DNA from: a virus
Taxonomy: Duplodnaviria; Caudoviricetes
Reading direction: 5' to 3' (one strand)
Virus record (IMG/VR): IMGVR_UViG_3300032301_000360
Coordinates: 3,819 to 67,818 of that record
DNA length: 64,000 nucleotides
Position numbers and translations under genes: made by a program. This document shows, in pieces, positions 9,470 to 20,600 of the stretch. The notes below the pieces were generated by a model. That model had not been told where the DNA came from. It was given only the letters and a program-made list of their open reading frames with translations, and did no database searches. The first letter of the stretch is position 1. The number at the start of each line of letters is the position of its first letter.

Positions 9470-9841
9470 ATGGCCAAACGTAAAACTCCTGAGGATCTAG
9501 AATGGGAACAGATCTTCAGTGCACTACAATTCGATACAGAACCTGATCCCAAGTACATAAAACAGGCAGTAGTGGAAACTAAAACAGGTAAAAAGTTCAA
9601 ACTGAACGGAACCGAATTCCACCATGTGATGGCTCAAGAGCGTGAAATGGACCCAGAACATGCAGCCATTGTGAGCTGTAAAATCACATTAGATTTTAAC
9701 AAGATCAAAACAGATGTAAACCGTTTTGCACATGCTCATTTAGTAAAGAGTGCCAAGCGCCATGCATATAGTAAAGCACAACTCAAAAGCAGACGCATAT
9801 TAGCCAAAGCATGTGCAAAGCCTCCTGTCAATCCTGGTTGA
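9470..9841 (+). CDS. hypothetical protein
   Basis: GAGG SD before ATG 9470; TAAATA late-promoter motif at 9439-9444. Confidence 0.65.
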   Translation: MAKRKTPEDLEWEQIFSALQFDTEPDPKYIKQAVVETKTGKKFKLNGTEFHHVMAQEREMDPEHAAIVSCKITLDFNKIKTDVNRFAHAHLVKSAKRHAYSKAQLKSRRILAKACAKPPVNPG

Positions 9842-9893
9842 CTTAGCATGGAATTCCGCTCAAACTACCTGATATGAAAGGGAGTTTGAGCGA

Positions 9894-10823
9894 ATGACGC
9901 ATTGGAGTGAAGTTGAACAGAGTTCAGCATATGTGAAGGTGCTAGACCATGGATTTGTGGGTCTAGTGGATGTTATGGGTGATGATTCCTCCATTGTGCA
10001 GGCTGCCAGAACATCTTATGGCAAAGGCACCAAGTCAGTTAGCGAAGATCGCGGTCTGATCAGATACCTAATGAGAAATTTTCACACTTCGGTTTTTGAA
10101 ATGATTGAGTTCAAGTTCCACATCAAGCTGCCCATTTTTGTGATGCGCCAGCATGTGAGACATCGCACAGCCAACCTGAATGAATACTCTGGTCGATATT
10201 CAGTAATGACTGATGAGTTTTATATTCCTGAGCAACACCGTCTGCAATCACAAAGTGTGCTAAACAAGCAGGGTAGCGGTGCACAACTGGGCGGTGCAGA
10301 GCTGGAGGCAGTTCATGATCTGATCAAACACATGAGCACAGAAAGTTATAAGTCATATCTGGCACTGATTAATGATCCACAATCTGAAGATTATTGGCCT
10401 ATTGACGGTCGCCAAGGCCTAAGCCGTGAACTGAGCAGAATCATCCTGCCCCAGAACAACTACACAGAATGCTACTGGAAGATTGATCTCAAGAATCTGT
10501 TGCACTATATCAGGTTGCGAGCAGATTCACATGCCCAGTGGGAAATTCAAGAGTTTGCAAGAGCCCTGGCTCAGTTTGTTAAGGCACAGTGCCCTATTGC
10601 GTTTGAAGCATTTGAAGACTACATGGAACACAGCATGACCATCAGCAGGCTGGAAAAGAACCTCTTGCAGGATGTGATCAAGAGCAGTAATCAAGCTGGC
10701 ATAAGCTTTGAGGAATGTTATTATATTATGAAGCAATCAGCTGATAATCTTGCTGTAACATACGGCATGAGCAAGAGAGAGCTCACAGAATTTGAAACTC
10801 AGTGGCAGCTTACTGCATCATGA
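9894..10823 (+). CDS. thyX: flavin-dependent thymidylate synthase ThyX
   Basis: VLDHGFV, AARTSY, HTSVFE, RQHVRHRTANLNEYSGRY, HAQWEI motifs. Confidence 0.95.
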   Translation: MTHWSEVEQSSAYVKVLDHGFVGLVDVMGDDSSIVQAARTSYGKGTKSVSEDRGLIRYLMRNFHTSVFEMIEFKFHIKLPIFVMRQHVRHRTANLNEYSGRYSVMTDEFYIPEQHRLQSQSVLNKQGSGAQLGGAELEAVHDLIKHMSTESYKSYLALINDPQSEDYWPIDGRQGLSRELSRIILPQNNYTECYWKIDLKNLLHYIRLRADSHAQWEIQEFARALAQFVKAQCPIAFEAFEDYMEHSMTISRLEKNLLQDVIKSSNQAGISFEECYYIMKQSADNLAVTYGMSKRELTEFETQWQLTAS

Positions 10824-11177
10824 CTTTATGCTGAGCGCTGCCTGTTGACGTTTTAGTTCTAGTTGATGATACTCTGAATCTGACAAACTTGTGTTTACAC
10901 CCAGGTGTTGTTGTCTTAAATGACGCAATACCTGCCAGTCTGTATTCTGCAAGAATGCTTTGGCTTGTGCATTCTGCGCAGCTTGTTCCTGAGTTCGTAA
11001 TACATGATCAGGCATAGCCTTTACTGAGCTGTCCAGGACGTCAAAATAATGTGTACGATCGTTCAGTTGTTTGGCTTGATCTTGTGTAATCTTAACCACC
11101 TGTACTGTGGAGGGTACATGGGGTTCATAATTCAAAACTGATACAACTGTGTTGTTTTCAATGCATACGTATGTCAT
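10818..11177 (-). CDS. tail fibre assembly chaperone-like protein
   Basis: FLQNTDWQVLR...ELKRQ motif; directly downstream of the fibre genes. Confidence 0.65.
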   Translation of the reverse strand: MTYVCIENNTVVSVLNYEPHVPSTVQVVKITQDQAKQLNDRTHYFDVLDSSVKAMPDHVLRTQEQAAQNAQAKAFLQNTDWQVLRHLRQQHLGVNTSLSDSEYHQLELKRQQAALSIKS

Positions 11178-11179
11178 TT

Positions 11180-12463
11180 TTATTTCCAAATTGCCAAAAA
11201 GTGTGCTGAAGGAGGTAAGCGTTGTTCGGTGTTTAGTATTGTGACCCTCACTCTGTCTGACAATACTGCGAAATCACATGTTAGTGTATCATTAATGTCC
11301 ACAGTACCGTCAAAGTAAATGTATGCAATACTGGGTATAAAAGCGATCAAATTGGACATCACCTTGCCCACTGGTGGGTACACATCAAAGTAATTATTAG
11401 TAGGATAGGTAGTTTGCAGTCTGCCATATGCAAACACCAAGTTATCCACATACTGTTTGGTGGCTGCATGTAATGCAGCTGATGGGTCAGCGTTCAAGGT
11501 AAGAGTACCTGTCATGGTATCTCCTGCTTTGTTAACAGGTGTATAAGGTAACCTGGCCACATTCAATGTGCCTGTGCTCACATTTGAGGCATTCAAATAA
11601 TATGCAGGCAATTGACCTCCCAATTGTGATGCATTACTAGCTGATGTGGCAGTTGAGGACAGTCCATAAATGTTTGTAGCATAAATGTCTTTAAATGGTA
11701 AACCAGAAGAACCCAGACTCACGTTAGTATTCAAAGGAGTGTTGGATTGATCCAATCTCATCCATGAGGCAGCTGGTATGCCGCCTAAATTTAAACTGTT
11801 TGTGGCTGTTGTGGCTTGTGCAACCACGCCTTGCAATACAAATCCAGGTTCCATGTTGAGACCAGCTCTTATCACAGTGGGTGTGAATCCTGGTATTGCG
11901 CCTGAATTGGTAATAAATGACTCACCGCTCCATACAGCTATCACATTACCTTGCACACTCATCCTAATAATACTGTGATCAGTACCGTTCTCGTCTGCCA
12001 CTTTAAAAACTTGAGAGTCAGTATATGATATTTCGGTGCCTGGCACAGGTACAGGATCACTTAGATCACTTGCACCCATGGGACTTAACAGTTTCCATGT
12101 AGCAGTGTTATCATACACAAACAGTTGTTTTTTACTCAAATTATAAAACAATTGGCCCACTTGAGCCACAGGTGGAAATTGGGTGCCTGTTATGGTTTTA
12201 CCAGTATTGATCCATGACCCGCCGTTCCACACCTTTAACTCTTGGTTGGAACTGTCATACCAAACTTGTCCTTGTATGGGGTTAAGAGGTGGTGTAGCTC
12301 CATAGAAGTGTTGCAGCATCCACACCAAGTTTTCCACAACCACTTCACCATAAGGTTTGTAATCGCGTCCAGGCAACCTCAGACTGGTGGCTGTATTATT
12401 AACAGTTTTGTCGTTGATGCCCACCAGTTGGGAACCATTGTAGTTGTTTATGATATACACCAT
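11180..12463 (-). CDS. tail fibre protein (paralog 1)
   Basis: N-terminal LRLPGRDYxxYGE...ENLV...GQVWYD anchor; TGTLTL.ADP..ALHAATKQYVD fibre repeat; H34/gp53-like C-terminal module. Confidence 0.8.
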   Translation of the reverse strand: MVYIINNYNGSQLVGINDKTVNNTATSLRLPGRDYKPYGEVVVENLVWMLQHFYGATPPLNPIQGQVWYDSSNQELKVWNGGSWINTGKTITGTQFPPVAQVGQLFYNLSKKQLFVYDNTATWKLLSPMGASDLSDPVPVPGTEISYTDSQVFKVADENGTDHSIIRMSVQGNVIAVWSGESFITNSGAIPGFTPTVIRAGLNMEPGFVLQGVVAQATTATNSLNLGGIPAASWMRLDQSNTPLNTNVSLGSSGLPFKDIYATNIYGLSSTATSASNASQLGGQLPAYYLNASNVSTGTLNVARLPYTPVNKAGDTMTGTLTLNADPSAALHAATKQYVDNLVFAYGRLQTTYPTNNYFDVYPPVGKVMSNLIAFIPSIAYIYFDGTVDINDTLTCDFAVLSDRVRVTILNTEQRLPPSAHFLAIWK

Positions 12464-12518
12464 GTGAGAAGCCCTTATGTGCACGCACCTTTTGTATATT
12501 TAGATGATCCACACTCTG

Positions 12519-13904
12519 TTACCTGTATGCTCTCACTCTCATGCTCCAATTATCAGCAGTGAGCACCATGGAGGTGCCATTTGTTTGCACATACACACCT
12601 GGGCTATCTGAACCCACATAGATGAAAACCTGTGTGGTAGTTTTCTTAATGGCTACGCCATTGTTTGCAGTTATAGAGTTAGCACCTGGACTGATCTCTA
12701 TTACATCATCAATCACATAACCACCTTCTGGTACTATGTTGATTAAATCCACAGTAACAAATCTGGGCAAACCACCCAAGCTGTGTGTGAGTGGATAAAC
12801 ACCATTTGCAGCAATAATAAATCTACCACTTTCATAAACATTTAATAATAAACTGTCCACATATTGTTTAGTTGCAGCATGTAAGGCTGTTGTGGGGTTT
12901 GCAGACAAGGTGAGCATGCCTGTCATGGCATCACCAGCTTTATTAAGGGGAGCATATGGTAGTCTGCTCACACTCAGTGTGCCTGAGGTAATATTAGTGG
13001 CATTCTGGTAGTAGGATGCCGCTTGTCCATTTAGCTGGGTGGAATTGGTGGCTAGTGTGGCTGTCGCAGCCAATGTGGCGGTGTCTGCTAATATGGCGTT
13101 AGTGGCTTTGCCCACAAACTGGGTAGCATACACTTTAGTATAAACTTTACTACTGCTGCCCAAACTTCTCAAATTATTAGCATCTGGTTCATTACTCAGA
13201 TCCACACGCATGTATTTGTTGGGTGGTAGACCACCAAGTGCATTACTGTTGTCACTAACAATTGCTCTGCTTGCTGTGCCCACTATATTAAAGTTGTTGC
13301 GCAGATTTATTCCAGGCTGGATGGGATCTGTAAAATTGGTTATATTGGAATTGAAACTTTCGTTAGATATAATGGCCACCAATATGCCCTTAATCACCAA
13401 TCTCCATATGGTTCTGGGTGTATTGGTGACATCCCGTATTTGCACAACTTCCCAAGCACTGTGTGGTGGCACACTGGTGTTGGGGGGATCTATGTCATTA
13501 AATGCACCCTGAGGGGCTAATAGTAAGAATTTATTTGCTGTTGCATCCCACACAAACATTTGACGCTGTGTGGTGTTATAAAACAGTTCCCCCATGCTGC
13601 CTGTCTCAGGTGTATCAGGCCCAGATTGCGGAGTACCCACTGGCAGCCATGTTTGTGTGCCACCATTATAAACCTTCACCAACTTGAAGTTAGTGTCATA
13701 CCAAGTTTGGCCTGATATGGGGTTACTGGGTGGTATTCCTTGTGCAAAGTTTTGTAGCATGTACACCATGTTTTCCACCATGGTTTCTCCATATGGACGA
13801 TAGTCTCTGCCTGGAAGCTTGATGCTGATGGCAGAAATGTTCAAGGTGCGATCTTGCACATTGACCAATGGTGTACCGTCGTAATTGTTGATCAAATATG
13901 CCAT
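12519..13904 (-). CDS. tail fibre protein (paralog 2)
   Basis: Same anchor domain and HAATKQYVD repeat as 11180-12463, different C-terminal tip; AAGGA SD. Confidence 0.8.
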   Translation of the reverse strand: MAYLINNYDGTPLVNVQDRTLNISAISIKLPGRDYRPYGETMVENMVYMLQNFAQGIPPSNPISGQTWYDTNFKLVKVYNGGTQTWLPVGTPQSGPDTPETGSMGELFYNTTQRQMFVWDATANKFLLLAPQGAFNDIDPPNTSVPPHSAWEVVQIRDVTNTPRTIWRLVIKGILVAIISNESFNSNITNFTDPIQPGINLRNNFNIVGTASRAIVSDNSNALGGLPPNKYMRVDLSNEPDANNLRSLGSSSKVYTKVYATQFVGKATNAILADTATLAATATLATNSTQLNGQAASYYQNATNITSGTLSVSRLPYAPLNKAGDAMTGMLTLSANPTTALHAATKQYVDSLLLNVYESGRFIIAANGVYPLTHSLGGLPRFVTVDLINIVPEGGYVIDDVIEISPGANSITANNGVAIKKTTTQVFIYVGSDSPGVYVQTNGTSMVLTADNWSMRVRAYR

Positions 13905-13914
13905 CATCGCATCC

Positions 13915-14502
13915 TTAAACTGTTTGCACTCTGAGAGTGTACACCACTTCAATTTCTCTGTTCAGACTCTTTTGCACAGGATTGTGCACCAGATGGGTTA
14001 TGAGTAACCCTTCATTCAGATTTGCTGCGCGGGTCTTTAAACCCAGCTCGTTAAAGATGTATGGGCTGTTCACGTCTGTTGCAGTATCAAAAGCATCTTG
14101 TCCAGCAGGTTCAGCAGCACTCAACAAGCATGTGATAATGATATCTGTATATAATGTGCCTGGCAGATGGCTGACACGTATGAAGTTATTGTTGGGATCT
14201 GTGTTCAACGGACTAAGATTATTGATCACCTTGTAGTATGTTTGGTTATACAATTGAGCATCTGAACCCACCACATTGGGAGGCAGGTAGCTCACAGTGC
14301 CTGTGCCACTCACCACAGCAGCACCATTCCCAAACACCATCTCATGAATATAACCTTCGGGTTGATAGGCTGCACCAGCAGCAAGTGCCACACTAAAATT
14401 TTCGTAATTTATGGCATTAAGTTGAGATACAAACACTTCTTGTGTGTGTGGATCTCTGATCCGCACATGACCCACGATCTTGTGCAAAGGGGTTTCCATC
14501 AT
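13915..14502 (-). CDS. baseplate/fibre-attachment structural protein
   Basis: GHVRIRD...NAINYEN...FGNG...FNELGL...LITHLVHNPVQKSLNREIEVVYTL; position within the baseplate block. Confidence 0.65.
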   Translation of the reverse strand: MMETPLHKIVGHVRIRDPHTQEVFVSQLNAINYENFSVALAAGAAYQPEGYIHEMVFGNGAAVVSGTGTVSYLPPNVVGSDAQLYNQTYYKVINNLSPLNTDPNNNFIRVSHLPGTLYTDIIITCLLSAAEPAGQDAFDTATDVNSPYIFNELGLKTRAANLNEGLLITHLVHNPVQKSLNREIEVVYTLRVQTV

Positions 14503-14505
14503 GTG

Positions 14506-14652
14506 TTAGCTTCCTCTTTTGTTAACAAGTGTTTGTTTGGTTTGTGCATCACGGATGACCACATGACTGCTCACAATCAGTGTTTGTTCTTCCAGGTTGT
14601 GGTTGGTGGGGGCAGTAGTGACCCCCTCCTTGTTTGTTGCGTTTAAAATCAT
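14506..14652 (-). CDS. 48-aa structural mini-protein (not in ORF track)
   Basis: Hand translation MILNATNKEGVTTAPTNHNLEEQTLIVSSHVVIRDAQTKQTLVNKRGS; exactly fills the gap; HVVIRD echoes the HVRIRD N-terminus of the next gene. Confidence 0.6.
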   Translation of the reverse strand: MILNATNKEGVTTAPTNHNLEEQTLIVSSHVVIRDAQTKQTLVNKRGS

Positions 14653-14659
14653 GTGTTAT

Positions 14660-17600
14660 TTACCTGTGTCTGGTGCCTGGCTCTGCAATCAGGAACGCAG
14701 TTTGTGGTTCAGCAGAGTATTGAATCCCCTGATCACCGTATGGCCAAATATAACCAGCTGGAATCTCCTGATTCATACTAGCATCCTGAACCCATGTGCC
14801 TGATTTGTGGCTCACTGAACCACTTGAGATACTGTTTATGATGTTAATCATGCACACATTACGATCCCCAGGTGGTGGGGTATAATTGACCAGATCTGTT
14901 TTTATGAACTTGATGTAGGTACCAGGTACCACACTGGGTGGATCTTTTATGATGTTATAGTGTACCCCTTTCACTTGTTCCAGGCCATTTACTTTCACAA
15001 TAGGGGAAGCAAACTCAGTAACATATAGTGTGGTTTCTCCATCACCGTTATGGAACTCTGTGACCAAATCACTAAAGATTCCTGTGCTAGTGCCCATGGA
15101 ACCTCTACGCAACCCACTCAGCTTTACACGGTTCGGAAAAACCTCATTAGCATCAGGTTCTGCCACAGTATACTCAATTCTTTCTGAATTGACCCAAATT
15201 ACACCAGGATTCTGCACGGTGGCCACAGGTAGCTTGGCACCATCCTGTACCCAGATGTGATCCTCCTGCCAAGTTATTGTATCAGTCAACTTTGTATATC
15301 TGCTATCACTCAGTCTGTAGAACTTGGTATCACCATATATGTTCTCAAACATTCTGAACGCCACATGTGGTTTTACTGGTTCACTAACCACATAATACAT
15401 GAGAACTTTTGTCCCTGATGTGTGTACTGTGTGGAATTTCACCTGCACTTGATCTGCAACTTGTACAAATGTATAGTCCCAGACCTCAGATTGTTTTATA
15501 CCATTCACGTACACTTGTACTGATCCAAAGTCGCTAGGCATCCTGCTCAACACATACATTGCAGGAGATGTACCTGTAAATCTGTCTTGTGCCCATTTCA
15601 CACTGCTGTCCTCCTGAAAGGTGATCACTTGTACCTGATCAGCACCAGATAGTACACCTGACTGGAATACTGCCTGTTCATCTGTAATCACATAATCCAG
15701 GTTGGGAGTAACTGTGTCCACAATTTGAATTAGTATGTCACTGAGTGCAGCAGGGGTATACTCAACATCAAATTTAATTTGTGAAGTGGTGGGGAATGTG
15801 TATGAAAAGTTGGCTTGTAAAACACCATTTATCCAAACTTTCACCATGGTGTCCGGATCAGACACTGTGGTGTTCAGATTCCATTCAGTTTGAACCCCGT
15901 CTCCTTGAAATCTACGATACTCAGGGCCGCGGATGAGTATGCCGTTTACAAACACCTGGCTGTTTAACCCTTGTGGTGCAGAGTACAGAGGGGCATATTC
16001 CAGATCATAGGATAGATTGGGTAAATCCAATACTAGTGTTTGAACCCTCTTCAAGCTGAACAGACTGCTGTTGAACACACTTGCGATCACCACGTCGCCC
16101 ACTTGAGGTATAAAGTCCAACACAATATTGCGTGGATCTCCAGAGTCCACACCCCAGGAAATAGTTGTGGCCCCATTGTATGTAACCCATACTGTGCCCA
16201 CATTAGCAGGGTTATTCAATTGAATTCCGGATGTTGCGCCGTCACCATGCAAAGTAACTTGTTGTTGAATGTGTGCTGGAGTCATGTTCAGTTGTATATT
16301 CACACCTTCGCTTACACCACCACCCGCTGCAATCACGCTCATCTGGGTCAAAGTTTGTGGATCTTGTGCATATATGCCTCGTTTACTCATAAACACTTGT
16401 GCAGCTCCCCAAACAGGCACCAGCTCAGCCTGCATCCCCAATCCAGCAGTAAACCAATCATCTATGCCCACACTCAAGTTGGTGTAGTAGCCTGCTTGAA
16501 CAATCTCAAGTTGGTCAATCACGCCTCTTAGGCCAGCTTGATTTTTGATTTGTGTGACTTGCAAAATGAGTGTTTGTGTGCCTGTGCCATACTTGTACAA
16601 CAATTTATCACCCACTGCATAGTTTTGACCACCCTGCACAATTGAGATAGCCACAGCCTTTACAGCAGTAACAGCAGCTTGAGCAAGCTCACCTGTGGGT
16701 ATGGACCCTGTCAATGTGATCAGGTCAAACAATTGATATCCTGAGCCCGGATTAGCTACAGCCACAGTGCCCACACCCTTGCTGGCCCCTCCCCAACCCA
16801 GTTGTTGTATGTTCACCTTGCCCACAGCAGGCGCATTCACAAACACCACTTGGGGATATTGATAATTAATCACATAATCTGCTGTGACACCATGAGTTTT
16901 GAGTTCACCGTTTACAAACACCCACAGTTGTTGATCTTCTGTTATGGGTGCCGGGAGTGCAAAGTGAGTGCGTACACCATCACTGTCAAATACCTGATTG
17001 TGCATGATGCCTTGACCACCAGTTCCAGCTGTATACACATCATATATGAGATTGGTTCTGGGCCAAACCATCACAAGCTCCTCAGGATGGCCACCTTCCA
17101 GATGGGGTCTGTTCAAACCAGCACCATCAATTGTGGTATCTAACAATGTGGCCAATGCAGGATTGAATGTTTCGCCCTTTTCTATAACCCACACATTGGG
17201 TCTGGGCTGCACAGGATGTCCAGGCGCAACTGTGAACTTGATTTGATCACCGCTCCATCTTACTGTGACACTGGCTTGGATACCTGTGCCACCCATAACA
17301 GGCAATACTCCCATAACAGGGGCAACCAGATACACCCCAGGCTCTTCCAGAGAGATCGAAGTTATGGCTCCCAGTGTGGTTACGCCGGTCACTCTAAATT
17401 TGGCTTGTGAAACATATTGACCACCCTGTGCAATCAGTATGTCGTTCATGGAATAACCTAATCCTTTATTGCTTACTAATACTTGACTGATCTGATTGCG
17501 TATGATCCAATCTTGTGGAGTGAACACTTTCCTACCATCCACCCACACTTGTAGTTCTGTGGGTTGCTGAGGAGGTTGTCTTAACATGAACTGGGTTTCA

Positions 17601-20600
17601 GTATTATTACCCACAAACAATTGATATTTGAGATTTTGTCCGCTGTTTACATTCATATCAGAATCAGTGTCTTGTTGATTAGTATAGTCCCAACCTTTTA
17701 CATCATCCCACGCATTGGCATCCCATGCATCTGAAGTCAAAAATTGCTTGCCACTCAAACTGGTCAGTTTACTTTCGCAGCCGCTTATGAGGCCTGGAGC
17801 CTGCGCTGAAGGCATATCTCCTGTGGGCATGTAGGAGTCAGATATACGTTGTGCTGCACCTGTGGGCGCTTGCCAGGCCACAGTTTTCCAGTCTTGCATG
17901 GTGTTAGTGTTGGACACCTTCTGGTACCATACCCATGTCTGCACTTGGTCCACGTACACTCGCACTGTGTATCCCACACCCACAGGTTTGTTAATAATGT
18001 TTAACACTTGTGTTATATCATAAATGGTGTTTGCAATCTCACCCTCATACTCAAGACCCCATGTGATGAAATCCCAATTGGCAAGTCCTGAACTCTGCAA
18101 CTGATTGCGAGTCATTAGTGTGTAACCGGGGGCTTGTACCTGGATCAATGTGCCCACTGGGATATTATTATTCAGTATTATTCCTAGCCATGCGCTCAAA
18201 CTATTACAAGTTATATCCACTTGAGTGGATGGTGAATACCCTGGAGAATAATACACTTCAGGTGCACATGCAACTCTGTCATAAATCATTCGGGTGCGCA
18301 TCTGTCTCACCAACTGAGGGTTCAACACATGATTCTGATACCATGCCGTGTATCTGGCATCTGTTTGCAAAATAACTGCATCTGCAGGAACTTGTTCATG
18401 CAGTATTCTCACGCCCTGGTTAACATCTGCAAAAGGTGGCTTATCAAAATCTGAATACACTCCTGTGTATGTTTCAGATGCTTTACGCCAATCCACAAAT
18501 GATCTCACCTTCACATGGTAAGGCTTTATTTCATTCACATATGCAATAAGTGAATTTATATTATTCTCAGTGTACAATTCAGTGGGTGCTAGAACTTCTG
18601 CAAAGCCACGCAAGTTGATGAAACTGGTTTTGAATGCCCAATCCACAAACCGTTGTTCTGCAAACACCTGATTCACGAGCGCAAACATCAATTGATTGGG
18701 CTCATTCACGGAACTATCAATTTTCAATAAGCCTTGTGTGCCCAAAGCATTGACCCACAATCCTTTCCAGATCTGTTCAAACTCCCTGCGAGTGTCATAT
18801 TCAGCGCCCAGGATCTCAACACCAAAGCCTTGTGCACCAAATCCCAAATTATTTGCAGCATAGTTCCACAGATTGTCTTTGAGTGTCAATGTGCCAGACT
18901 GCTTGCCTACCAATCTCCATGTTTTGGATGCAGGCTGCACACAATCATATAAAGCCCATGTATTGTTGCCTGTGTTTAATACTTTGACCACATCTCCTGT
19001 GACAAAGGCCAAAAAGGCATCTCTGTCTGCAAGTGTTTCAAATTCATAATCCCACAGAGAGCTAGAATTGTACCCTGAATAATACCAATCTGTGATATCC
19101 CAAGTATTTTGTGTACGATAAGTTTGGCTTTGGTACAACTGCCATTCTGCTTGTGAGGCTCCCACATTCTGCCATGTCCATATGGTCCATTTGTTCATGT
19201 TGGTGACATCTGCGCCCACCAACACCCTGCTACCAAATGGCAGGGTGTAATCCAGATCATAAAGTGCAGCCATGTTGTCCACTCTGCTGACCCACAAGGG
19301 TTGGGCCACACCTTGTTGCCACACAATCTGATCCATGTCCAGCAGTTGCACGCTGGGATTGGTCTGATTCCATGTGGTGCCAGCCTGCGTTACACCATGA
19401 GTAACTGAAACCTGTAAGTTGGTCCAAATTTGACCAGGGGTACTAAGATCTGATACTCGTTGTACACACCAACTTAATAATGTGTCACTTGCAATCACTT
19501 GGTCCTGGGAATACAGTTTGCGTATAGTGGGGCCAGCAGTGGAATTCCCTTGGGACAGTAAGATGTAAACACCTATTTCAGATTTAATTGATTGAGACAT
19601 CAAATAAATCTTTTCATTGACAGTTATTTCCCTGCTGTCCACAATCAAGGGACCAGGTGTTATGATAACAGGATCTTTATCCTGCTCGATCAATAGTGGT
19701 ATATTATTATTAACTATCACAACTCCGGCGTCCACCACCATATAAATGCCATTCTCAGCTGATGGATCATGTGCGGGAATAACAGGGGACAGTGCATTGG
19801 TCAATTCATTCTGATTCTTGATCAGAATGGTTTGGCCTGGTCTAAGCACCACACCATCCAACACAAGTGACCCAGGCTGCGCACTCAACAACTGTGACAC
19901 ACCTGTGTCATTATCCAGTTGTAGATACGCATTCAATCTACCAGATGTGCCATCTGTTTCCTCATAAGGAGTAGTAGCAACTATCACTGCATCATGTATG
20001 TTTGTGGATGCAGGCTCGGGTTCCTCACTTTGAAAGTAGGGCAGCCAGCTTTGACGGCCAGGATCACTCAAGGGTGGCTGTGTGCTTGCGCCCAAGAACT
20101 GATTAACCAGTTGCACCACAGTGCGTCTGCTTTGTACTTGGTCCACAAACGTGCCCTGTCTGGGTCTGATCAGTACGCCTTGTGATTGCAACTGCCTAAG
20201 TGTGGGATCCGGTAATGGATTACCATATGCATCATATTCATACAAACTGGCACCCAGTTTGTTCCACAGCCAGTCAGGTGGTGAACTTCTGGGATCATTT
20301 TGTGCAATCAGGTCAAATTCTCTGTGCACCGTTTCCACATCATATTTGTTAAACCATTTGGTCTGCCATACTGTTTGCGTGCCATTAAGATAAGGCCCCA
20401 CATTGCCTATGAGTGTTTGTTTGTCACTAATAGGTGCCCACCAAACGATACCCAAGTTTTCAGGTGCTGCTAAGGAGGTGGCAATCACACTGGTGCTAAT
20501 TTGTCTGTTTGCTGTGGCAGGCACTGTGGTGCCATTCTGTGTCCAAAAGTAATAAATGGTTTGCAACTGGCCAGTGGCTGTCTGTTGCAGTCTGCTCACA

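Noticed and set aside
9838-9866. sigma70 promoter for thyX; also TTGACG-18-TAGCAT at 53010-53039
   Set aside because: A -35 is present but the -10 or spacing is poor; not reported as features.
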